Positions 12,200 to 24,931 of a stretch of DNA of 64,000 nt are shown one piece after another. Made by a program: the position numbers and the translations under genes. A model generated the notes under the pieces. The model had not been told where the DNA came from. It worked only from the letters and a program-made list of their open reading frames with translations, and ran no database searches. The stretch is from Scyliorhinus canicula (lineage: Eukaryota), in assembly GCF_902713615.1 (NCBI RefSeq), contig NC_052148.1:195439757-195503756 (forward strand), in the 5' to 3' direction. Every line of letters begins with the position of its first letter. Position 1 is the stretch's first letter.

Positions 12200-13113
12200 A
12201 CAGGAGAGGAAGCAAGGGATTAGCAGGACTCACTCCAAACAAAGGACACAAACACCATATGCCAGCTGTGCCAGATGGTGGCGTGCCTGGCACTGCAGAG
12301 GTATGGAGAGGGACGCCTTGGACATTCATGCTTCTGGCTCATTCCATGGCTTGAGCGGGGACCTGTGTGGGATCTTGCAAGCATCATGGATGCCCGGGCA
12401 TTGGACTACATCACCTTAAACCTGGTCCAGGCCCAATAAGATGCCCGGGCAGCAGGTTTTACCATCATCACTGCCGTGTCCAGGGTCCAGGGAATGATCG
12501 GTGACACGCATGCCACCCTTCAAGCTGCTTCAACATGGGGTGCCCTTCATCAATACAAAGGGATTCCACTCCATGAATGTGTAGTTGCTGTGTGACGACC
12601 AGCTGCACATCACGCTTGTCTGCACACCCTGGCGCACCCGGAGATTCCTGACACCTACGAAGCACCCCGTCTGATGAGGATTTGCTAGTGAGTGGGCAAC
12701 AAGGCTACCTTACCTGCTGAGGTCATGGCTAATGATGCCTGTGAGAAGGCCTCAGATTGACCCAGGGAACCATTATCACGACACCCTTTCAGCAACTAGA
12801 AGCACCAGCAAGCGGTGCATCAATGTGCTCAGGGTACGTTTCCAATGCTTGGATCGCTCTGGTGGAGGGCCCCAATATAGCTCTCAGAGGGTCTCCAGCA
12901 TCATGATGGCCTGCTGTGTTCATCATAACATCACGCAGCAGCGGAGCGGCATGTTGGAGAAAGAAGAACAGCAGGCCTCATCTGGCAAGGAGAATGAGGA
13001 TGGTTCCCAGGACGATGTGGGCATGGAGCCTGAGCTGGCACGGCAGGCCGTCCAACGGGTGATCCGGGCTGCCGCACACAGGAAAACCTCATCAACTCTC
13101 AATTTACCAACTA
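12200..13113 (+). pseudogene. Harbinger (HARBI1-type DDE) transposase remnant
   Basis: KGFHSMNV, WLMMPVRRP, RCINVLRVRFQCLDRSGGGPQYS, ACCVHHN; several frameshifts. Confidence 0.85.
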
Positions 13114-13619
13114 GGAGGCCAGGCCGGTGGTAGCTCCGCCGTCCTGTCGCACCTCTTTCCCACACCCTCTCTCCCTACTTCAAACCCACCTCCACACAGA
13201 ATCCACCTCCCCCTGAGCCTCCCACCCCTTCCCTCTCTCTCAGTCTCTCACTCCACCTTCCCCCTAGCCTTCTACTCCCTCCCCCTACCGCAGCTCCCCT
13301 TCCCCTCACTGAGGGTCATACCAGCATCACCACCTGGGTTGGCAGTATCAGTGGGTCTTGTTCACAGGACGGAGGATGATGGCAATGCAATGTGAGGAAA
13401 TGGATGACAAAGTCCGACTCCTGTTTTTAAGATGCCATACCACTGTCCACCTGGATGATCCCCACATGTGTGTTGGCCAAACCTTCTTAAGGACCCAAAT
13501 ATGTTGGGGGGGGGCAGTTGCAGGAGATGTTAAATGGTTAGGGCTCACTCACTGGTGATGCTTTAATACGAGGTGGGCTCACACTGCATCCCCCATGTGT
13601 TGACATTTCCCGGTGAGGG

Positions 13620-16333
13620 TATAACCATGATGTTCATGTGTCATGGCCCTGTGCCCTCACGCTGAGACTGGGCCACTTCCTTCAGTGAGTGAGCCATGTC
13701 CCGCACTGCCTCAGACATGTCCCTCTGTGTCTGGGTATGCTCCCTCAGCGTCCGGCAAATGCTCTCGATGCCTCAGCCATGACCCTTTGTGAATGGGCCA
13801 AGGCCTGGAGCACCACAGCAATGTCCATTTGGGCCTCGGCATGTTCGCCTGCGACTGGCTTCTCCTTGTCCAGTGCCTCAGCCATGGACATCACAGTGTG
13901 CCCCAAGCCTTGGACATCCTGACACGTGCTCTGACGTCTTGCCCCAGGCCTTCCACCACCATCGCCACCGTTTATGTGCCAGGCATTGTTGGCACCATCC
14001 CCTGTGCCTGAAAGCAGCTGGGCTCCTCCAGCTGTACCTGCAGTTGTGCAGGGAGGTTATTGACACCCCCTCCTGTTGATTCTGGCTGGGCTCCTGCATC
14101 AGAACCAGTGATGGGATCATCTTTTCCGGAAGCGCAAATCTGTCTGGGCTGTACGTTGGGATCAGGCAGTGTTCCGCCCGTCCGCTGCCTCTGAAACCCC
14201 TGCCTCCCCCTGATGTGCTGCAGCATGTGTGTGGTGTTCACCAGAGTCTGACCCAGGATCCTGATCATTAACATTACCCACCGAGGTGAGTCTCTGCTGG
14301 TAAAAGCGGTGCCCAAAAACGCGGTTGACTTCCTGGAGTCGTGCTTTAGGGTATTCTGAAAAAGTTGGATGACCTTGAACCTTGGACGGCCTTGTCTTAT
14401 TGGGATCCTGAAAGACAAAAGACATGGGGTGAGATCCTGGGAAGGATTGATCTGTGGGAGAGGAATGACTCACTTGCTATAGGGACATCTGTGTTGCATT
14501 GGACTCTCACTTGTTTACTACATGGCCCGCTGTGACACGCTCTGGAGCACCGCTGCAATGTCTGGTGGCTCTGGAACATGGCTGCCTGTGACATGGCCGG
14601 CCTGTCCTGGGCCTCGGCCACCGCCCGCACAGAGTGCCCCAGGCCTTGGACATCTTGATCCATGGTTGAAACCTTCGCCCCCAATGCCTCAACCGTGGAC
14701 GCTTGCTGTGCAGTGTTGGCCTGGGTGGCAGGCTTGGTTGGCACCACCTCCTGCTCCTGCAAGTGGTTCAAATTCTCCAACTGCACCTACAGGGGCTGGA
14801 TGATTGCTGGCATACTCTCATGCATTCCCTGGCTCTATGACTGCATCTCCAACATCGATGGAACCGCCCTTTCCAGAAGCCCAAAACCCATCTGAGTGGT
14901 AGCTAGCCCCTGCGGCCTGGCCGCCCTCCAACCATCTGCCTCCTCGGGGGTTCCTACCTTCATCTTCTGTACCACAGCACGTGTGTGATGCGCATCCGAA
15001 AGTGCCCCAGGTGCCTCCTCACTAACATGCTGCACTGAGGTGAGTGTCTCTGGGATGGTGGAGGGTGTTGGAGACAGCTGTGATGGGAAGTCAGTTTCAT
15101 CCCCGGACTAGTGCTCCGGGGTGTCTCGGGCTGCATGTTGAGGGCTCCCATCGCTGTCCGTGTCCTCACTGCTATCCATTTGGGGTTGGGGTTGCCAGTG
15201 GTGGGGGACAGCAGAAACGCCCACCTCATCTCCAGGGGATATTGCAAGAAACAAGACATGACGCATGATTGCATCGCAGGTGGGGTGGTGGGGCGATGGT
15301 GATGGAGGGGGGCTGTGCGGGTTGTGGTGTTGGAGGGGTGTGAGGATGTGGTGGTGGCGAAACAGGTGCCAAGGGATAATGCCAGTCAGTGGGGTCTGCC
15401 CTGCTCACCGGATGCTGACCCCCACCTCGGTGACTGCCCTCGGTTCTGGCACACTGACCAAGTCCAGTGCCTACTGTTCGGCTGCGGTGAGGGCCGCATG
15501 TTCGGCGGTCCCCCTCCAGTCTTTTCCCTGTCCCGGTGGTTATGAATCGTCTTCTCCTGCGGAGAGGATACAGAAAACGTACAGTGTTAGGCAGTCAGAT
15601 GCATGCAATACAGAGGGTGGGGAGCTGGTGGTCTTCGTGGCCAGGGCACCCAGCCATGGTGGCCGGTATGGGTGCAATGTGGGGTTCGGCCACCTTGCAG
15701 GTGGGGGTTGGGGGGGCTACAGGTGTGTGGGTCAGGGGTTAGTACCAGGGCACAGTCTACTCACCCTGGCCACCCTAAGGAGGTTGTGCAGTTTCTTCCT
15801 GCACTGCTCTCTGGTCCTGGTGGTGTTGCCCAGGGCACTTACGACCTACATAGAACATAGAACAGTACAGCACAGAACAGGCCCTTCGGCCCTCGATGTT
15901 GTGCCGAGCCATGATCACCCTACTCAAACCCACGTATCCACCCTATACCCGTAACCCAACAACCCCCCCCTTAACCTTACTTTTTAGGACCTACGGGCAA
16001 TTTAGCATGGCCAATCCACCTAACCCGCACATCTTTGGACTGTGGGAGGAAACCGGAGCACCCGGAGGAAACCCACGCACACACGGGGAGGACGTGCAGA
16101 CTCCGCACAGACAGTGACCCAGCCGGGAATCGAACCTGGGACCCTGGAGCTGTGAAGCATTTATGCTAACCACTATGCTACCTCTGCCAAGTGCGCCCAG
16201 GCCCAGTGAATGGAGGCGGATGGCAATATCCTTCCCACCCCAGAGTACAGGGTGACCCGCCTCTCCTCCACGGCAGCCAGTATGGTCCTGAGTTCAGCTT
16301 CAGTGAACCCAGTGCCGCTCTTCATGCTGCCAT
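13620..16333 (-). pseudogene. Harbinger ORF2: spliced Myb/SANT-like DNA-binding protein with coiled-coil tail (probably two partial copies)
   Basis: FTEAELRTILAAVEERRVTLY...W...[SINE]...RTREQCRKKLHNLLRVAR|GTGAGT; next exon ccgcag|EKTIHNHRDREKTGGGPP; downstream heptad-like VASTVEALGAKV-type segments. Confidence 0.8.
15848..16181 (-). mobile_element. Full-length V-SINE inserted in Harbinger ORF2 exon 1
   Basis: Reverse complement of the 127-451 element; interrupts the Myb-like reading frame. Confidence 0.9.
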
Positions 16334-16672
16334 CTTGTTGGCTGAGATGTGTGTGTGGGCGGAGTGATATGCTTATATGCGGCTACAGCTTGACAGCCTC
16401 TTGAGTGTCAATCGTGGCGTCGGCGAATCAGACACCCTTTTTCATTGGAATCGATTGTGTTCCACGTGGCTTTGGTGCTAGCCCATTAACGGTTGATGAA
16501 TTGCTCTGGGAGCAGCGCCAATTTTGCTGTCGTAGAAATCCACCGATTCAGTCCCGGCGTCAACACTTCTGAAACGGAGAATCCCGTCCTAAGTGCTAAG
16601 ATCCTGGACTTGTTATCGGCGAGTGTATCCCAACAGGAACACCGGTTCATGAGGGTGTATAGTCTTGGTTTT

Positions 16673-17560
16673 TGTGATGATGTGAGGAGTCAAGAGAAAC
16701 CCCAGTGAGAATAAGTGGCCCAGTCATCATGTAACAATTGTTAAAGTCTATTTATTAAAGTAAAAAAATACAAATACACACAAACAGGACTACTCTATGA
16801 CAATTAAGGTATATGAATTACTAAACACACACAATGTTTATGTAGAGCATCCCCCTTGTTCCAAAATATATCTATGATCTCTGAACTCCTTAAGACTCCC
16901 CCTTTCCATGAACCACATCCAAATTAAATAAATCTATAAGTCAAAATCAACTTCTAATTACCATACAATACAGGGATGATAACCAAATCCGGCAAACGTC
17001 TTGTCCTGGTCCAGCGAAGTTAATTAAATTGGCTTTATGAAGGTTTTCTGCACTGCCTTGGCTCTAGAAGCTGTTAGGTTGTCTACCTCTGAGCCTGCTA
17101 GGTATTAACTGACCTTCCTTGCTTCTGAGGATCCAGCCAATTATACCCTTGTTCTGCTTTGATTTTTTTCTTCTGTGTATTTGGCTGTCCGACCCTATCA
17201 AATCCCTTGACTCTGGACATTATCATATGTATACTTCATTGATCTTCTCAGTCATCTCAGTAAACTGTTTCTACTTATAATCTATTCACATCTGATTCTT
17301 ATATCTAAATTATCTTCTAATCTCTCTACTGGGAGAGACACATATTATCCATTCTTTGAATACTGGCTACTGATGTCTCTAGGCAGATTTCTGCCTTTTG
17401 TTGGGCAGGCCGCATCCTTTTATGTTTGCTAGGCAAATTTATGACAAAACGCAGAAATGGAAAAATCATAATGAATCAGTTGAGTTTGTATACTAAACTG
17501 GAAGACTTTGTCATCTTTTTCTCTGATGTCAGCCCACAGGTCAAATTTCACATCGTGACA
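16673..17560 (-). mobile_element. Probable old solo LTR
   Basis: Imperfect inverted ends TGTGATGATGTGA / TCACATCGTGACA; minus-strand AATAAA near 16751; no clear TSD. Confidence 0.4.
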
Positions 17561-18304
17561 CAGTGAGATTTCAGTTTATTGTTTCGCAACAAAAGAGATC
17601 GTTGGATGGAGCAGATACGAACCAAAAAGGTATAGATTTGTTGGGCATAATGGACTTTTCCCACAGTCCTAGTGCACAACAGGCTTGATTTGAACTAAAA
17701 GTGACGGTGTACAATGTGTGGGCCATTGTTTTACTTTCTGCTGAAGTCAGAATCAGGTGGGGGTATAACATGCTGCTCCTTCCACTACCATCTGTTTGCA
17801 ATCACCTCCCAAAAGAATATCAGTGGAAATATATGGGTAAAACTGGGATTTGATTACATGGTTCTCAAGTTTGGCAGTCACTAAAAATGCAAAGTACAGT
17901 TTTTTGTTAAATGTCTGAAGTATGAAATTAGTACCATCACTTATCCTAGCCAGCTGGTGGGAGTTTTGCTGTTTTCTTCTTTTTTGATATCTTGGGTGTC
18001 AATGTGTGAGGTCCTTTTCTCTACCTCTGTGAACCTGGCAGTTGTTCAAAAAATTTTCACTGAGCAGACTCCTTGACATCCTGCCAACTTCTTTTTTGGG
18101 GAGAGATGCTGTTCAATTGCTTGACAATGTCTTCCCACACTTAGAACTCTGGGTTTGGGAATTTGGAATGGTCCAAAGGTGGAGCTCCAGCACTTCATCC
18201 TTCCTCAACACTCCTGACCTGCTCCTCCACAAGCCCTGCTTCTCTCAGTTTCTATAAAGAGACATTTTGCAAACCATTACAAGTGCTACTGTGCATAATT
18301 TATC

Positions 18305-18635
18305 AAATCATATGCATTTATAGGACATAATGAGGCCACTGGGCCCATTGTGTCCGTGCTGGCTGCAAAAAGAGCCATTGAGCTGAATACCTCGCTCCCC
18401 TAGGCCTGTTAGCCTGATGGATTATGACTCTTCAAGTGCGTCCCCAAAGCCTCTTCAAAAGCAGAGAGTTTCTGCCTGTACCCACCCTTTTAGGCAGTGA
18501 ATGAAATAATTCCTCCTCAACTCATCTCTTAATGGTCTACCAATTATTTTAAATCCATGCCCCCGATTTATTGACCTTCCGTCTGACCTCAATTAAATCT
18601 TCTTTTATCCTCCTCTGCTTCCTGAAAAGCAACCG
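18305..18635 (-). mobile_element. Old CR1 3'-end fragment
   Basis: Minus strand shows LFRKQRRIKEDLIEV, similar to the CR1 ORF2 C-terminus, followed by a decayed 3' UTR. Confidence 0.5.
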
Positions 18636-18929
18636 CGGAGCTTCAGCAGGTTGACACCCCATTTTTATGAAGGCCTGGTGTTGCTCTTGGTATGCCCTAC
18701 TGCACTCTTCATTGAACCAGGGTTGATTCCCTGGCTGGGTGGTAATGGTAGAGTAGAGGATATGCCAGGTCATGAGGTTATGGATTGTCATCGAATGCAA
18801 TTCTCTGCTGCTGACGGCCCACAGTGCCCAGTCTTAAGTTGCGAAATCTGCTTGAATGTTATCCCATTCAACACGGTGGTAATGCCACACAACATGATGG
18901 AGGGCAGCCTCAATGTGAAGACAGGATTT

Positions 18930-19160
18930 TGGGGCGGCATATGGCGCAGTGGTTAGCACTGGGACTGCGGCGCTGAGGACCCAGGTTTGAATCCCGGCAC
19001 TGGGTCACTGTCTGTGTGGAGTTTGCACATTCTCCCCATGTCTGCATGGGTTTTACCCCCACAACCCAAAGATGTGCAAGTTAGGTGGATTGGCCATGCT
19101 TTCAAATTGCCCCTTACTGGACAAACAATAATTGGGTACTCTAAATTTATTTTTAAAAAG
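18930..19160 (+). mobile_element. V-SINE, short A-tail subfamily
   Basis: TGGCGCAGTGGTTAGC A box, GGTTTGAATCCC B box, V-domain, ends ATTGGGTACTCTAAATTTATTTTTAAAA. Confidence 0.85.
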
Positions 19161-19736
19161 ATGGGATTTTGTCTCCACAAGGACTGCGCGGTGGTCACTC
19201 CTACCGATACTGTCATGGACACATGCATCTGCAGCAGGCAAGTTGATGAGGATGAGGTCAGATATGTTTTTCCCTCATGTTGGTTCGCTCACCACATGCT
19301 GCAGACTCAGTCTAGCAGCTGTATGCTTTAGGACTTGACCAATTCATTCAGCAGTGGTGCAACCGAGCCTCTCTTGGTGATGGGCATTGAAGTCCCCCAC
19401 CCCCCAGAGTACATTCTGTGCCTTTGCCACCCTGAGGTGATGTTCAACATGCAGTACGATTCATCAGCAGAGGAGCGGGAGGTATCCTCATCCATGTTTG
19501 ACTTGACCCATGGGATTTGGGGTCTGGAGTCAATGTAGAAGATTGCCAGGGCAATTCCCTTCCAGCTGTTTACCACTGTGACATGATCTCTGCCGGTCAG
19601 ACAGGGCGTACCAGGGATGGTGATGGTGGTGTCTGGGACATTTGCTGTAAGATATGATTCTGTGAGTCTGACTATGTTAGGCTGTTGCTCGACTAGTCTG
19701 TGGGGCAGCTATCTCCAATTTTGGCACAAGGCCCCA

Positions 19737-20025
19737 CGGCGGCGCCGTAGCACAGTGGTTATCTCTGCTGCCTCACTGTGCCAGGGACCCAGGCTCTGAC
19801 TGTGTGGAGGTTGCAGATTCTTCCTGTGCCTGCGTGGGTTTCCTCCGGGTACTCTGGTTTCCTCCCACAGTCCAGAAAAGTGCAGGTTGGGTGGATTGGC
19901 CATGATAAATGTGCGGGTTTACAGGGATAGGACAAGGGAAAGAGCCTCGGTAGAATTTTCTTTCAGAGGGTCAGTGCGGACTTGATGGGCCGAATGGCTT
20001 CCTCCTGCACTGCAGAGATTCTATT
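19737..20025 (+). mobile_element. V-SINE with CR1-type tail
   Basis: V-domain and tail GATGGGCCGAATGGCTTCCTCCTGCACTG. Confidence 0.8.
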
Positions 20026-20184
20026 AAATGTTATGAAGGAGGACTTTGCAGGGTCAACAGGGATAGGTTTGCCCATTCTGTTTCCAGCGCCTGAATTGAT
20101 GCCAGATGGTCCGTCTGGTTTCATGCCTTATTGACTTTCTAGTGGTTTTATACAGCTGAGTGCCTGTCATGCGGACCAGGCCAG

Positions 20185-20361
20185 AAATGAAATGAAATGA
20201 AAATCACTTATTGTCACGAGTAGGCTTCAATGAAGTTACTGTGAAAAGACCCTAGTCGCCACATTCCGGCACCTGTTCGGGGAGGCTGGTACAGGAATTG
20301 AACCCGCGCTGCTTTGGTCTGCTTTCAAAGCCAGCGATTTAGCCCTGTGCAAAACCAGCCC
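20185..20361 (-). mobile_element. Short tRNA-derived SINE with (TTTCA)n tail
   Basis: Same family as 9122-9312. Confidence 0.8.
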
Positions 20362-20866
20362 TTGATGAGGTAATGATGGCAAATTTCCCTCCCTAAAGGG
20401 TATTAATGAATCAGTTGGCCCTTATGACAATCAACAATGGCTTCATGGGCATCATGAGACTTTTATTTCCAGATTTTTATTGATTGAATTGAAATTTCAC
20501 CATCTGTAATGGTGGGATTCAAACTTGGGTTCCCAGACGATAACTAATCCAGTGATTATACCATTACGCCACATAATTCTCCTACCAAGTCTCAAATTAG
20601 TTTATTATAATATGTAAATGTGGTGCAGTGGTGCTGCAGCCTGAATTTCATGGTTTCACAGTCACATTGCACTGGGAATAAATAAGGATGGGAAATACAA
20701 GATGCAGCTATCGGTGCCATCTGCTGAGACCGACAAAGTGAGGAATTTCTGAACTTGACTACCAACCTCAGTAACACCAATCACCTGCCTTGGCTCCACA
20801 TCCCAATATGCTTAGCTTAAAATAGTCCAACATTTTCAAATATCAAATTAATTAAACTAATATTCT

Positions 20867-21902
20867 GGGCGGGATTCTCTGTCGGCCGACGCCGAAATCG
20901 GGTAAGGCAATTGGGCGGAGAACCTGGTTTGTCACCGAAATTGTGGCAGTGCCGGATTCAAGCTGAATCACAGTTCTCCGGTGCCTCGACAGCGGCATCA
21001 ATGTGTTCCACTCCACATGTACAGTAAACTCCGTTTGCAGATCTTTAGCAGGCCGGACCCGGTATTCTCCGGGGCCTCCGTGATTCTCCGCCACAACTGG
21101 GGGGAATTCCCAATGACGAGGTTCACTTGTGCTTTCAAAAATCATGAAACAGGCATTGTGGTTGCTGAGGGAGAGAGAGGGGGTATCGAATGTGATCAAC
21201 ATCACCATAGTGCGCTGATAATTGTGCTGCTGGTCAGGGGCGCTTCTGCCAGGGCCGAGGGGAGGAGCGGGGTGTGGCCAGGAGGTGGGCTGTGGAGTCG
21301 GGGTGGATGGGCATGGAACACAATTGCCACAGCCAGCAAGGTAGCTGCGCACACCGCTGGCTGACCACTGTGAATTTAGTGCCATGGGTCGAATGGGTCC
21401 CCCCAAACTATCTCAGGCCACAGCTCTTAGCTACCCTCTAGGTACAACATGGTGCTGGCCGCACATGGACACAACCTGCCAGATAGTTCCCCCCCTGTAA
21501 CCCTCTTTGCCACCCCCAGGCCACCCCCCACCAGTCCCCCCCGCCCCCGCTGAAGCTCCCCCGGCTAGGGGAATGGCTGACCCCACCACAGACTGTGGCG
21601 ACGCTGGACCGGAGCCACCACGCGACGTTCCCGAAAACTGTGAGCACACGCACCACACGCTGGCGGGAAGTTGGGCCATCAGGAGTGGAACATTAGGGGA
21701 AAGCCTCACGTGACATCGTGAGGCCGTGCCAACACACGTGCGGCGGACTCGGCGATTACGCCGTTTTTGAGGGGACGGAGCATCCGAAAAACGGCACTGC
21801 CTGCAATTTCGGCGTAAAAACTTAATCTCCGGCCAATTGCCGAACGCGATTTCGGCGACGGCAATCGGAGAATCCAGCCCCTAGTCTCAGGAACGGAGAA
21901 TC
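20867..21902. mobile_element. Nested or fused Harbinger-type MITEs
   Basis: Left TIR GGGCGGGATTCTCTG (left arm similar to 27638 onward); inner right TIR GGAGAATCCAGCCC near 21880; outer remnant TAGTCTCAGGAACGGAGAATC. Confidence 0.7.
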
Positions 21903-22414
21903 TGTGTTTTCATAGATATGCTGGTCCCCCAGTCGCTTGTTTCTTGGCGGAATGCCGTTCACTGGCTGTAGGATTCTCTGTTCCCACCGCTTTCCCATTG
22001 AACCCACCTCACTCTGCCGAGAAACCTGTGAGCAGGGGGGCGCTGCTGGAGGGAAGAGAGAATTCTGGCTGTGGTGTAAATAGAGTTTGTATAGTTGGAC
22101 TTCCCTTGTATAGTTGGACTATAGGCGGCCATGGAGTGAATGGTCACACATTCTGTGACTCCTGCTTGAGGAGGAATTGTTTGGTCCTTGTTACCCATTC
22201 ACAGGGGTCTTTACAGATAAAGTTAAGGATTCTCCTTCGGGTGGGCGTGCTTCAACCTGATCAAACAAGGAGTGCCATTGTAAAGGGGCAACAGTCAGAC
22301 CAGGAGCTTTCGAGGAGTGTGAAAGAAGGAAAGATTTTTTGATTTTATTTGATTTATTATTGTCATATGTATTAGTATACAGTGAAAAGTATTGTTTCTT
22401 GCATGCTGTACAAA

Positions 22415-23432
22415 CTGCGCGATTTGGATGGGCTGAAGTTCTCGAGGGTGGATGAGGTGAGGGTACAGGGGCTGAGGGCCCTGATTGGCCTGGGGGAATG
22501 TGGTGAATGTAATATATATATGTATATATGATAATTCACACTGTCGTTGTAAGCGCAGTAGCGCTATCCTACCACTAGGGGGAGTAGCTCTGGGAGTACT
22601 CAGGAACTTGTACTGGGCTCCACCCTTGGCTCCACCCACGACTTCTCCCCCTAGTGCTGCTGTATAAATACCCTTGTCCAGAGTCAGCCTGAGTTCACTA
22701 AGAGTTCATCAACGGGTAACAGGCTGGATCTGAAGTAAGTCGATTAAAGCCTAGATTCATATTGGAAACACGTGTCTGGTGAATTGATGGTTCCATCAGG
22801 GAGGTGATGAACTGTGTGGGGGGAGGTGATGAACTGTGTGGGGCGATGCAGTCGGGAAGGCCCTGGGCTTGGATGGGACCCCTGCAGAATTTTATCAGAG
22901 GTTTGGGTCAGAGCTGGGGCCCCTTTTCGTGGAGATGTACAATGAGTCAGTGGGGAGGGGTGAGCTTCCCCCCACACTTGGTCAGGCATCTATCTTGTTA
23001 ATTTTAAAGCAAGATAAAGACCAGGAGCAGTGTCGGCAATACCGCCCGATATCGTTAAATGTGGATGCAAAGCTACTGGTGAAGGTGCTGGCAGTGCGGA
23101 TTGAGAATTATGTGCCAGGGTGATAGGGTGGCAGCTATCGGCCAATGTTTGGAGGTTATTGAATGCGATAATGATGCCCTCGACGGGAAGTGGAGGTGAT
23201 TGTGTCTATGGTCATGGAAAAGGCGTTTGACTGTGGAGTGACCACATTTATTCGAGATGCTGGGACGGTTCAGGTTTGGGCAGGGGTTTGTTGACCGGGT
23301 GAGATTGTTATATAGGGCTCCTAAGGCGAGTGTGTGGACCAATGGTGTTAATTCAGAGTATTTTGGTTTGCATTGCGGGACAAGACAGGGGTTCCCACTC
23401 TGCCCTTTGCTCTTTTCCCTGATGATTGAACC
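22415..23432 (+). mobile_element. L1-clade LINE ORF2 (RT) fragment, decayed
   Basis: MQSGR/KALGLDGTPAEFY, YRPISLNVDAKLLVKVLAVRI, CGTRQGFPLCPLLFSLMIEP; similar to the 30-33 kb L1. Confidence 0.8.
22499..22798 (+). mobile_element. Solo LTR inserted in the L1 fragment
   Basis: TG...CA ends; imperfect TSD GGGAA/GGGAG; TATAAATA at 22663; ATTAAA near 22743; L1 sequence continues on both sides. Confidence 0.75.
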
Positions 23433-24273
23433 GTCAGAAGGAGATCTTCCTCCTCCCCTGCTGGCAACGTAATCAGGTTCATGTCCAGAAATAGTGTGAA
23501 CCTGATTATCTTCCATTTGCAAACGACAAAACGCTATATCTTCTGGGGATGTCAGATGTTCTTCCCCACCAGTGACATCATGCCGGCAGGAATGACTGCC
23601 ACTCTCTAGCAGTCGAGATGACTACACTGGGGGCACAGAGGCCAATGTAACCCCCAGGTGGTCAGGGACATGGAAGGGCAGTGCCCTGGCACTATCCTGA
23701 CACCCTGGCAGTGCCAACCGGAAATGCACCCCTGGTACAGCAACTATTAACATTTATACAACAGATCCACTGTGCATTATTTCTATACATATGTACAATT
23801 CAACAGGACTGTCACAGTGGTAGATATCTGTTCCTTTTTTGAAGAATTTGGCGTTCTTGAACTTGGCTACTTGAGAGTCGGAGGTGTCCTCATTGCTTTC
23901 TGCCGATGGTACTTCCTGAGCAGTTATTTCAGTATCTGTGACCATAGGTATTAAAAAGACAGAAACAGAATTGGAACTCGTCACTACATCTGGTTTCTCT
24001 TCTAAAGTATTGCTCTCTAGGTTTTCCAAGGAAAGAATCTCATGAGAAATTTCTGCAAACTCACTTCATACCCCAAGTGACTGATCAGCATGACGTTGCC
24101 AAACTCATTCATCATCGGTCTGTATTATGTACGATATTGGACCTGTCTTTGCTAGGACCGTAGCACGTACCCATTTCTCTGTGATGTTATAGCTCTGAGC
24201 TAACCCTCTCTCCCTCCCTGGTTGAATCCTCACTTTTTAGAGTTTTGCTCCCTCCTTGCAACTTGTGCTTATT

Positions 24274-24608
24274 GGGGCCTCACGGTAGCATGGTGGTTAG
24301 CATCAATGCTTCACAGCTCCAGGGTCCCAGGTTCGATTCCCGACTGGGTCACTGTCTGTGTGGAGTCTCCACGTCCTCCCCGTGTGTGCGTGGGTTTCCT
24401 CCGGGTGCTCCGGTTTCCTCCCACAGTCCAAAGATGTGCGGGTTAGGTGGATTGGCCATGCTAAATTGCCCGTAGTGTAAGGTTAATGGGGGGATTGTTG
24501 GGTTACGGGTATACGGGTTACGTGGGTTTAAGTAGGGTGATCATTGCTCGGCACAACATCGAGGGCCGAAGGGCCTGTTCTGTGCTGTACTGTTCTATGT
24601 TCTATGTT
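24274..24608 (+). mobile_element. Full-length V-SINE
   Basis: Near-identical to 127-451; (TTCTATG)n tail. Confidence 0.9.
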
Positions 24609-24611
24609 CTA

Positions 24612-24913
24612 AGTGGATAGCACTGTGGCTTCACAGCTCCAGGATCCCAGGTTCGATTCCCCGCTAGGTCACTGTCTGTGTGGAGTCTGCACGTTCTCCC
24701 CGTGTCTGCGTGGGTTTCCTCCGGGTGCTCCGGTTTCCTCCCAAAGTCCAAAGATGTGCAAGTTAGGTGGATTGGCAATGATAAATTGCTCTTAGTGACC
24801 AAAACGGTTAGGAGGGGTTATTGGGTCACGGGGATAGGGTGGAAGTGAGGGCTTAAGTGGGTCGGTGCAGACTCAATGGGCCAAATGGCCTCCTTCTGCA
24901 CTGCATGTTCTAT
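24612..24913 (+). mobile_element. Second tandem V-SINE (different tail subfamily)
   Basis: Matches the copy at 34925-35252. Confidence 0.85.
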
Positions 24914-24931
24914 TTTGTAATTTGACAATCT

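Larger units (their letters stand above)
11193..16589. mobile_element. Composite decayed PIF/Harbinger transposon region
   Basis: Plus-strand transposase remnant converging on minus-strand Myb/SANT-like gene remnants; right end GGAGAATCCCGTCC. Confidence 0.75.
18640..20572 (-). mobile_element. 5' part of a CR1/L2-group LINE: tRNA-like head followed by an AP-endonuclease region; interrupted by three SINEs
   Basis: Minus strand: A box TGGCGTAATGG, B box GTTTGAATCCC, then QQPNIVRLTESYL, VGDFNAHHQ, DLILIN, GRSDHRAVLVE, NQPWFNEEC. Confidence 0.75.

Noticed and set aside
17559-17597. RSS-like CACAGTG + 23 bp + ACAAAAGAG
   Set aside because: Nonamer matches only 6 of 9 positions; no V-segment frame (no conserved Cys/Trp or YYC) upstream; the heptamer overlaps the end of a probable LTR; most likely a chance cryptic RSS
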